From positions 1 to 35,959 of the forward strand of contig MEXE01000037.1 of NCBI GenBank assembly GCA_001775555.1: a stretch of 35,959 nucleotides of DNA, given 5' to 3'. This document shows, piece by piece, positions 1 to 6,820 of the stretch. How positions within the stretch are numbered: position 1 is the first letter of the stretch; each line of letters begins with the position of its first letter. Source of the stretch: Candidatus Amesbacteria bacterium RBG_19FT_COMBO_48_16. Its GTDB lineage: Bacteria > Patescibacteriota > Microgenomatia > CAZETR01 > Amesbacteraceae. Under the pieces are notes generated by a model that was given only the letters and a program-made list of their open reading frames with translations, made no database searches and was not told the origin of the DNA. A program made the position numbers and the translations under genes.

Positions 1-9
1 TTTCGGGAA

Positions 10-33
10 CTAATTGGGGTAGTGGTATTTTTT
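10..33 (-). repeat. Degenerate copy of the secA 3' terminal 24 bp (att-like scar)
   Basis: ctaattggggtagtggtatttttt matches 2788-2811 at 20/24; on the minus strand it reads KKYHYPN* versus secA KKCHYPN*. Confidence 0.8.
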
Positions 34-44
34 TAATAGTTTAT

Positions 45-875
45 TTATTTGACTGTTTGGCTAAGTCCAGCAATAACATGTCTTTTTAATATTTGAGGAT
101 CAATTTTGATATCTAATATGGTCTCTAGTACAACCAGTCCCTGGTAAGTAAACATATCCCATCCAGTCGCATTCTTCTTCTTTAGCTTTCTGGCTATCGT
201 TATTAAGTTTGTGTCTTCTGTTTCGAATGTAACGTCCGATACAGCGTTAAAGTTTCTGACCACTTTTTCAGTGAATATATTATCCACTACGCTACCTCCC
301 AAGTGAGTAGCATTAATCAGAACGTCACCTCTTATACTGCTAATATCTTTGATCTCTCCAACTTCTTTTACAAAATTATACTTATTAAATTCTTCAAGTT
401 TGGAAATTGTTCGATTTAAAACAATAACACTTTTAGGTAAATTCGCAAGCTTCGATATTTCTGATAATAAAGATTTCACAACGTTACCAGCCCCAACAAT
501 TACAAGTTCTTTACCTGCTACAGAAGTAACTGATTGAACCGAGAGCAATTGGCCCTTACCACCCTGATAATAGCCCTTAAGCTTCCCGTTTTCATTTTTT
601 ATAAACCCTACCCGATTGACTATCCTAGATGATTCATCATGCTCATCAACCAGTTTTGCAAAATCAGCATCAGTTTCAAATCCAACTGTAACAGCACCAG
701 AGAAATTAAGATTTTTTATTCCGTCTACAAGAGGTTTGGGGTCAGAATTATAAAAAAGCAGGAACACTGCATTAATACCAGCTTCTTCGAAAAATGGGTT
801 ATAAATATTTAATGCACGAGGACTGAGCTGTTTGTGCAACCGGGCAATTACTTTAGTATTACCATCATTTATCAT
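45..875 (-). CDS. Shikimate dehydrogenase (AroE)-fold protein, divergent active site
   Basis: LSP near the N-terminus, GAG-N glycine loop, NRTxxK NADP motif, INAT and GWDMFTYQG; the catalytic Lys and Asp motifs are not recognisable. Confidence 0.75.
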   Translation of the reverse strand: MINDGNTKVIARLHKQLSPRALNIYNPFFEEAGINAVFLLFYNSDPKPLVDGIKNLNFSGAVTVGFETDADFAKLVDEHDESSRIVNRVGFIKNENGKLKGYYQGGKGQLLSVQSVTSVAGKELVIVGAGNVVKSLLSEISKLANLPKSVIVLNRTISKLEEFNKYNFVKEVGEIKDISSIRGDVLINATHLGGSVVDNIFTEKVVRNFNAVSDVTFETEDTNLITIARKLKKKNATGWDMFTYQGLVVLETILDIKIDPQILKRHVIAGLSQTVK

Positions 876-1047
876 TTAAGTAAGTTAAATTATATACCAT
901 GTGGTTACGGGTGATTATTGGGAACTGGACCAGCATGACTGGATGTTGAAGTGCGAAGTGGTGAATTAAAAAAGGGCTGAATAAAGCTTTTGGGTCTGGG
1001 ATGATAATTGCGATTGAAATGATTTAACATGCAGGCTGGTTGTTTCG

Positions 1048-1062
1048 TCCCGCAGAGCGGGA
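1048..1062. repeat. Short REP-like hairpin TCCCGC-AGA-GCGGGA
   Basis: Perfect 6-bp GC-rich stem downstream of the antitoxin gene, no U-tract. Confidence 0.5.
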
Positions 1063-1088
1063 TTACTACCGAACCTATTTAAAAACAC

Positions 1089-1382
1089 TCAGGGAGCGTG
1101 TTTCACCTGCAGGTTGAATTCCTCCTTCACTTTTTCATCAAGATATATCTTCACCAAGGACTGATACGGAACATCCTTTTTGTTGGCGATCATTTTAAGC
1201 GATGAGAGCATGCTATCCGGGACTCGGATAGTTATCACTTTTGTCGATGGCTTTAAATTTGGGAGGGATGGGCTTACTATGGCCCGATTTATATCGAAAT
1301 AGTCTGTGGTATCGTACGTTGCCCAAAAATCGGCCTCCTCATCCTCATTTTTAAATTTAGGAATCGTCTTTAGCTTTTTCAT
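1089..1382 (-). CDS. brnA: BrnA/CopG-like antitoxin (type II TA)
   Basis: IPKFKNEDEEADFW N-terminus and RHH-like ITIRVP...VPYQSLVK; overlaps the toxin stop by 1 nt (TAATG). Confidence 0.85.
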   Translation of the reverse strand: MKKLKTIPKFKNEDEEADFWATYDTTDYFDINRAIVSPSLPNLKPSTKVITIRVPDSMLSSLKMIANKKDVPYQSLVKIYLDEKVKEEFNLQVKHAP

Positions 1383-1687
1383 TAATTATCACCTCCCGCT
1401 AAATGGAATTCTTTTTCTTCCTTCCGTTTTAGGTCTCTAGCAGAAATAACCCGAATATTGTTGTTCCTAATAGTAAATATGAGACACAAAACTCTCCTTT
1501 TGTTTGTCTGGCCGTAAACACGAAACCTCTTTTCTGCTTGGGAATGTGTTTCGTCAGGATTAAGAATCAAAGGTTTGTTGAAAAATACAGCTTCGCATTC
1601 CCTGTGGTTAACTTTGTGTTTTTTAATGTGCTCGAGATTTCCACTGTCCCATTTGAACCCAGATAATTTAGACAGATCAAAAGCCAT
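1382..1687 (-). CDS. brnT: BrnT family ribonuclease toxin
   Basis: FKWDSGN...KHKV...ECEAVF...HSQAEKRF...IRVISAR motifs; toxin-first gene order. Confidence 0.9.
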   Translation of the reverse strand: MAFDLSKLSGFKWDSGNLEHIKKHKVNHRECEAVFFNKPLILNPDETHSQAEKRFRVYGQTNKRRVLCLIFTIRNNNIRVISARDLKRKEEKEFHLAGGDN

Positions 1688-1690
1688 TTA

Positions 1691-1727
1691 TGTATTTAAT
1701 GATACAATACAGGATATTTGCTGTCAA
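1691..1727 (-). promoter_or_regulatory. Sigma70-type promoter of brnTA with overlapping inverted repeat (putative autorepression operator)
   Basis: TTGACA (1727-1722)-17 nt-TATCAT (1704-1699); inverted repeat TGTATT 1691-1696 / AATACA 1706-1711 straddles the -10. Confidence 0.75.
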
Positions 1728-1807
1728 TATCCTCAACTTGCCTCGGTTTGCATAGCTAGCCGCGTGGGGCATATACTCAAAAACCCTCGTAAGCAGCCTG
1801 CAAATTC

Positions 1808-1833
1808 AAGCGAAGCTTTCGCTTTGCGAGCGA
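1808..1833. repeat. REP-like overlapping hairpins
   Basis: AAGCGAA-GCT-TTCGCTT (1808-1824) and the alternative TCGCT-TTGCG-AGCGA (1819-1833). Confidence 0.4.
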
Positions 1834-1850
1834 CTTTGTTGGTTATAGCC

Positions 1851-1874
1851 CTAATTCGGATAGTGGCATTTCTT
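1851..1874 (-). repeat. Exact copy of the secA 3' terminal 24 bp (att-like scar)
   Basis: ctaattcggatagtggcatttctt is identical to 2788-2811; junction dyad GCATTTC-TT-GAAATGC at 1866-1881. Confidence 0.95.
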
Positions 1875-1907
1875 GAAATGCTAGTTGAATAAGGTACCTC
1901 ACAGGAA

Positions 1908-2537
1908 TTAACTTTTTGTGGTTATTTTGACTAGTGATTCGCTTAACGCTCTTCCTATTAGATTTTCTAATTTCTCGTAGTTGCTATCGTCGGCTGAATA
2001 CATGGCTTCTAGGTATTTCTTTCTATCTAGGCCTGTATCAGCTTTTATTTCAACCGGGGGTAAATTTAATTTTAGTAAAATTAAGATGGTAAGCATGCGA
2101 GCTACACGACCATTGTAGTCTTGGAATGGATGAATCCAAACGAAACGGTGTTGGAACCAAGCCAAGAGTTCTACTACTTTGTTGATAAAATTTTCATCTT
2201 GAGTAATAAGGTGCTTGAGTCTTTCTTGTAAATCTGCACATAAATTTGCTATTAACTCGGGAATTTGGTGAGGTAAGACCGCTTCTTTTCCTGAAAATTC
2301 AACCCTTATTTTACGATACTTTCCTGCCCAGCTGGGAAATATCCAGCCGAAAGCTTCTTTATGGATAACTAGAATTAAATCGGGAGTAATTTCCTTTTTG
2401 AATATTTTGGCAACTAGCTCAAGTCCCTTCTTGGTTCCTTCAAGCTCTATGTGCAGAAGTTTAGATCTGGGGATGATTCCAAACGCTGTTTCTCTATAAG
2501 TGGTGGCTCCTTTTGGCTTAGTTGATATCTTTTTCAT
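1908..2537 (-). CDS. Fic family protein (putative class I Fic toxin)
   Basis: Fic motif HPFQDYNGRVAR; AGKYR flap region. Confidence 0.9.
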   Translation of the reverse strand: MKKISTKPKGATTYRETAFGIIPRSKLLHIELEGTKKGLELVAKIFKKEITPDLILVIHKEAFGWIFPSWAGKYRKIRVEFSGKEAVLPHQIPELIANLCADLQERLKHLITQDENFINKVVELLAWFQHRFVWIHPFQDYNGRVARMLTILILLKLNLPPVEIKADTGLDRKKYLEAMYSADDSNYEKLENLIGRALSESLVKITTKS

Positions 2538-2701
2538 CCAAAAATTGATTTTACTATTTTTCTGGTTACCGGTTCACCTTCTAATTTAGTTGTCCGAAAA
2601 ATAATTTCGGGCATAAATGAACGCAAAAAATCCAAGACCCTTTTTTGTTCTTTAGACCTTTTTTGATATTTTAGATAGTTTCTTTTGAGGTTTTTCTTCA
2701 T
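2534..2701 (-). CDS. 55-aa Fic antitoxin (VbhA/FicA-like), absent from the ORF track
   Basis: Hand translation MKKNLKRNYLKYQKRSKEQKRVLDFLRSFMPEIIFRTTKLEGEPVTRKIVKSIFG; TTKLEG fits the (S/T)xxxE(G/N) inhibitory motif; ATGA overlap with fic; TG-A-TATAAT 6 nt upstream. Confidence 0.85.
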   Translation of the reverse strand: MKKNLKRNYLKYQKRSKEQKRVLDFLRSFMPEIIFRTTKLEGEPVTRKIVKSIFG

Positions 2702-2787
2702 AACGAAATTATATCATCAGAGGTGTAATATATGGACAAATTGGAAAAGAGAGCTGTTAAAAACGAGCTGGCTGAGTCACATAGTCT

Positions 2788-5550
2788 CTAATTCGGATAG
2801 TGGCATTTCTTATACTTTTTTCCTGAGCCGCACCAGCAGGGGTCGTTGCGGCCGAGATTCTTGCGGGGATTGTCGACACCGCCTTTTTGGAGAGCGGAGA
2901 AAGCGGACATGAAGTCGCCCGGAGGGGGCTGGTTATTAGTTATTGCCTCAGGGTTCACCGCTTCCGCCTGTGCCAGGGCAACGGCGGATGCATCGGGTTT
3001 AATTTCGACCATCTGCGGCGGGGGCTGGACGGGGGGAGGAGCGCCGACCTGGATACGGAAGAGGCGTTTGCTAAATTCGGATTCGATCTGGGTCACCAGC
3101 CTTTCGAACATGGAAAAAGCCTCGCCTTTGTATTCCACCAAGGGATCGCGCTGGCCGTAACCGCGCAGACCAATGCCGGAGCGGAGATCGTCCACGGCGT
3201 CCAGATGATCCATCCAGAGATTGTCTATGGAAGAAAGATAAGCGTATTTGATAATCTCACCCCAGACCGGGTCGCCGACCTGGGCTTTTCTTTGAGTCGC
3301 GGCGTCGGTAATAATTTGACGGGTGAGCTTGATAATTTCTTCGGCTGTTCCCAGTTTTTTGATCTGGTCAGTCAGGGACTTTTGGGAAACATCATCAAAG
3401 GGGACTATTTCCACCAGGGCGGTGGTTATGGGCAGGACTTCGGATTCGATGATGCCTTTGGGGGCATACATATTTACCACATTGGTGACCTGGTCAGACA
3501 ATTTGTTAATTATTTCCTCATCGGGAATTTCCCCGGCTAATACCCTGTGGCGCAAACCGTAAATAATCTCGCGCTGTTTGTTCATAACGTCGTCGTACTC
3601 GACCACGTGTTTTCTGGCGTCGAAATTGAAGCCTTCCACCTTGACCTGGGCTTGTTCGATAGCTTTGCTGACCATCCCGTGCTCGATGGGTTCGGACTCG
3701 GGAATTTTGAGAAAGCCCATGATTTTGGCCACCTGGTCGCCGCCGAAAATGCGCATGATGTCATCATCCAGGGCAAGATAAAAACGGGTAGAGCCGGGAT
3801 CACCCTGGCGGCCGGAGCGGCCGCGCAGCTGGTTGTCGATGCGGCGGGATTCATGACGCTCAGTACCGATAACATGCAAACCCCCCGAAGAAACAACCTC
3901 GTCATGAGCGGCTTGCCACTGGGCCAACTGTTTGGCATATTGCTTGTCGGTAAGTTTGTCTTCCCCTAAAACAAATTTGGGATTGGGCGGAGGAGTGCCG
4001 CCCAAAACAATGTCCACGCCGCGGCCGGCAATATTGGTAGCGATGGTGACAGCGCCCTTGCGGCCCGCTTCGGAAATGATGGTAGCTTCCTGTTCGTGGT
4101 TTTTGGCGTTTAACAGCGCGTGGGGAACCCCCTTGTGTTTGAGAAGACCGGACAGGACTTCGTTTTTTTCAATAGAGGTAGTGCCTACGAGAATCGGCTG
4201 GCCGCGCTGGTGACAGCCGGCAATTTCTTCGGCCAGAGCGGTATATTTGGCGGGGGTATTTTTGTAAACAATGTCCGCGTTATCGATTCTGACCATCGGT
4301 TTGTGAGTGGGGACGATGACCACGTCCAGTTTGTAAATTTTTTGGAACTCTTCGGCTTCGGTGGCGGCCGTGCCGGTCATGCCGGCCAGCTTGGTGTACA
4401 TGCGGAAATAATTTTGGAAAGAAATGGTAGCCAAAGTCCTGGACTCCTGCTGAATGGTGACGTTTTCCTTGGCTTCGACTGCCTGGTGGATGCCTTCCGA
4501 CCAGCGCCGGCCGGGCATAAGACGGCCGGTGAATTCATCGACGATGATTACTTGGTTGTCCCTGATAATGTAGTCTTTGTCGCGGATAAACAAAGTCCGT
4601 GACTTGAGGGCATTTTCCAGATGATGAATGGTGTCGAAATCTTTTTCGTAGAGATTGTCCACGCCCAGCAGTTTTTCCACCTTTTTGATACCGTGCTCGG
4701 TGAGGTTGGCGGTCCGATGCTTTTCGTCAATCACATAGTCGGTATCGCCGGAGAGGCGGTCGACTAATTTGGCAAACTCGTAATATTTTTGGGTGGGCTC
4801 GGTATCGGGGGCGGAAATGATCAACGGAGTCCGGGCTTCGTCGATCAAAATCGAATCCACCTCGTCGACAATGGCGAAGTGATGGCCTCTCTGGGACATG
4901 TCTTTTAGGTTCCCGACCATGTTGTCCCGCAAGTAATCGAAGCCAAACTCGTTGTTGGTACCGTAAGTAATATCAGCCGCATAAGCTTCCTGACGGGTAA
5001 CAGGGCGCAGGTGGGCCAGCCGGTCGTCGCCGTGGGCAGGGTCAAAAAACTCAGGATCGTAGAGAAGAGATTTCTCATGCATAATGACTCCGACCGACAG
5101 GCCCAAAAGATGAAAGGTGGGACCGTTCCAACCGGCGTCGCGGCGGGCCAGGTAATCGTTGACCGTTACCAGATGGGCTCCCTTGCCGGACAGGGAATTG
5201 AGATACAGGGCGGGAACGGCGGATAAAGTCTTGCCTTCACCCGTTTTTTGTTCGGCGACCTTACCTTCGTGAAAGGCGGTCGCGGCCATGAGCTGAACGT
5301 CAAAGGGGCGAAGACCGATGGCCCTTTCACTAGCTTCCCGGACCAAAGCGAAGGCTGGGGGTAAAAGATCGTCCAAATTTTCCCCTTCGGCCAGGCGGTG
5401 TTTGAGATCGGCGGTATACGCGGCAAAGTCCTCGGCATTTTTGAGACGGGAAAACTTGTCGGTCAGGGTATTGATTTCGTTTACCCGCAGCTGCAAACGG
5501 TTGATTTCCTTTTGGTTGAGATCTAAGAATTTGTTGAGAAATTTGAACAT
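2788..5550 (-). CDS. secA: Preprotein translocase ATPase SecA
   Basis: KTGEGKT Walker A, DEVDSILIDEARTP, TNIAGRGVDI, QLRGRSGRQGDPG and C-terminal SEC-C GRNDPCWCGSGKKYKKCH. Confidence 0.99.
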   Translation of the reverse strand: MFKFLNKFLDLNQKEINRLQLRVNEINTLTDKFSRLKNAEDFAAYTADLKHRLAEGENLDDLLPPAFALVREASERAIGLRPFDVQLMAATAFHEGKVAEQKTGEGKTLSAVPALYLNSLSGKGAHLVTVNDYLARRDAGWNGPTFHLLGLSVGVIMHEKSLLYDPEFFDPAHGDDRLAHLRPVTRQEAYAADITYGTNNEFGFDYLRDNMVGNLKDMSQRGHHFAIVDEVDSILIDEARTPLIISAPDTEPTQKYYEFAKLVDRLSGDTDYVIDEKHRTANLTEHGIKKVEKLLGVDNLYEKDFDTIHHLENALKSRTLFIRDKDYIIRDNQVIIVDEFTGRLMPGRRWSEGIHQAVEAKENVTIQQESRTLATISFQNYFRMYTKLAGMTGTAATEAEEFQKIYKLDVVIVPTHKPMVRIDNADIVYKNTPAKYTALAEEIAGCHQRGQPILVGTTSIEKNEVLSGLLKHKGVPHALLNAKNHEQEATIISEAGRKGAVTIATNIAGRGVDIVLGGTPPPNPKFVLGEDKLTDKQYAKQLAQWQAAHDEVVSSGGLHVIGTERHESRRIDNQLRGRSGRQGDPGSTRFYLALDDDIMRIFGGDQVAKIMGFLKIPESEPIEHGMVSKAIEQAQVKVEGFNFDARKHVVEYDDVMNKQREIIYGLRHRVLAGEIPDEEIINKLSDQVTNVVNMYAPKGIIESEVLPITTALVEIVPFDDVSQKSLTDQIKKLGTAEEIIKLTRQIITDAATQRKAQVGDPVWGEIIKYAYLSSIDNLWMDHLDAVDDLRSGIGLRGYGQRDPLVEYKGEAFSMFERLVTQIESEFSKRLFRIQVGAPPPVQPPPQMVEIKPDASAVALAQAEAVNPEAITNNQPPPGDFMSAFSALQKGGVDNPRKNLGRNDPCWCGSGKKYKKCHYPN
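2963..2988. repeat. In-frame palindrome in the SecA C-terminal linker (SAVALAQAE)
   Basis: TCCGCC-N14-GGCGGA inverted repeat in a low-complexity linker. Confidence 0.45.
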
Positions 5551-5564
5551 AGTGAAAATTAACT

Positions 5565-5610
5565 CCCCCTGTCATCCCCCTCTTAATCTAAGAGGGGGAA
5601 CTAAAGGGGG
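5565..5610. repeat. REP-like palindrome in the secA 5' leader
   Basis: TCCCCCTCTTA-ATC-TAAGAGGGGGA perfect 11-bp stem, outer CCCCCT/AGGGGG; lies between TATAAT (5631-5626, minus) and the secA ATG. Confidence 0.8.
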
Positions 5611-5637
5611 TGATATCGAACTCTTATTATACCTGTT

Positions 5638-6357
5638 TTAGCTACAAATAATCAGCAGGTTGGTGAGGACGCGGTGAAGCCGGACAGAGGGAAATATCTT
5701 GCCCAGCTTGGCTACCAACTGACTGGCCGCTTGGCGTTTGGGGGGGTCGTAAAAGAGATGATTGAGAATAACTAATTGACCCTCCCCATCTTGCCATTCG
5801 CCTTTAGGATCTATTCGATCACGGCTCATGGAGCGATGTTGGGAGGGCAGGCCTAATTGACGCAATTTTTTTAAGAACTTCTCTGAATATACAAAACCCG
5901 GGAGACGATCGCCGAGATAGAGATCCACCAGGATAACATCATATTGGTCTCTGGTCGTTAGCAGATAGTCTTTAGCGTCATTGATGATTATTTTTAAATT
6001 CATAATTTTGTCCAAATCAAAATATCTTTTACCGATATAAATCATGACCGGGTCGATTTCGACACCGGTTATTTTTTTGGGCTGAAACCAGCCGGAGATC
6101 ATCTGCGCGGCCGTTCCGGCTCCCAAACCGAGAATAAGCCAGGATTTAGAGGTTAGGTTATAGGTTTTTGAGATCTTTTTAAACACCGATTCCCAGACAT
6201 TTTTGACCAGTCCCCCACTCTGGGTCAGGCCGCCGGTGGATACATAGACAGAATTACCTGTCCGGACGACCTGAATAGGCCCACAGAATTGTGACTGAAC
6301 TTCGTAAATAACCTGCGGGGAGAAAATTGAGCGGAGGTTAAGGGGCATTGAGATCAC
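5638..6357 (-). CDS. SAM-dependent methyltransferase / spermidine synthase-like protein
   Basis: LILGLGAGT motif I, GVEIDP, NDA, YDVILVDLY; exact start uncertain. Confidence 0.85.
   Translation of the reverse strand: MISMPLNLRSIFSPQVIYEVQSQFCGPIQVVRTGNSVYVSTGGLTQSGGLVKNVWESVFKKISKTYNLTSKSWLILGLGAGTAAQMISGWFQPKKITGVEIDPVMIYIGKRYFDLDKIMNLKIIINDAKDYLLTTRDQYDVILVDLYLGDRLPGFVYSEKFLKKLRQLGLPSQHRSMSRDRIDPKGEWQDGEGQLVILNHLFYDPPKRQAASQLVAKLGKIFPSVRLHRVLTNLLIICS
5772..5861. repeat. In-frame palindromic insertion in the methyltransferase gene
   Basis: CCCTCCC (5780-5786)...GGGAGGG (5841-5847) imperfect hairpin flanked by CTAATTGAC direct repeats 81 bp apart. Confidence 0.7.
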
Positions 6358-6805
6358 GCTGGCCGGAATCCTTGTAGAAAAAATAGAAGAGAGCGGATTT
6401 GGTTTTTCTAAGTGCGTGAATTTTTTTTAAAACCTGGATATAGGCGTCATGGAGGTGCTGGTTTAACAGCATGGGCAATCTTCTTTCCAATTGGCGGACA
6501 CGGTAATCCAAGCTTTCGGTCCGGGCCATCAACTGGCCTTCGGGGGTACGAACCCGGAAAGCCTCAAGATCATCCAGATTGTCCCATTCGCCGGATTCGA
6601 TGCGGGAACGCAAGTCGTCCTCGGCGCTTTTGGAAGCGGCCGGGGAAGAAACAGGTGTTGGGGTGGGGCCGGGAAAGGACTCGTCCACCACCGTTCCTTC
6701 CAGCACCTCCTCCTCTTTGACTTGGGATTCGTTTTGGGTATTTAACTGGCGGGCCAGTTCATCCGTAATTTGCCCTGAAGTGACCACAACATTCGTATCC
6801 ATCAT
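6338..6805 (-). CDS. Hypothetical protein
   Basis: 155-aa ORF filling the gap in a minus-strand run; TG-C-TAAAAT lies 6 nt before the second ATG (6802). Confidence 0.65.
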   Translation of the reverse strand: MMDTNVVVTSGQITDELARQLNTQNESQVKEEEVLEGTVVDESFPGPTPTPVSSPAASKSAEDDLRSRIESGEWDNLDDLEAFRVRTPEGQLMARTESLDYRVRQLERRLPMLLNQHLHDAYIQVLKKIHALRKTKSALFYFFYKDSGQRDLNAP

Positions 6806-6820
6806 AGGATTTTAGCATTT

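Larger units (their letters stand above)
1851..2811 (-). mobile_element. Integrase-less mini-island (Fic toxin-antitoxin) inserted at the secA 3' end
   Basis: Bounded by an exact 24-bp direct repeat; AT-rich (20/60 GC at 1921-1980 versus 37/60 at 3121-3180 in secA). Confidence 0.75.

Noticed and set aside
876-1088. A fourth secA-end copy between brnA and the aroE-like gene
   Set aside because: Manual search on both strands found no match, so the two may be one cassette or the scar has eroded.
1575-1892. 105-aa plus-strand ORF
   Set aside because: It is antisense to brnT and runs through its promoter, a hairpin and the secA scar; no recognisable features.
2846-5641. Antisense and alternate-frame ORFs over secA (likewise over lon, pilB, pilC and the TCS operon)
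   Set aside because: Shadow ORFs of GC-rich coding sequence with no motifs or start signals.
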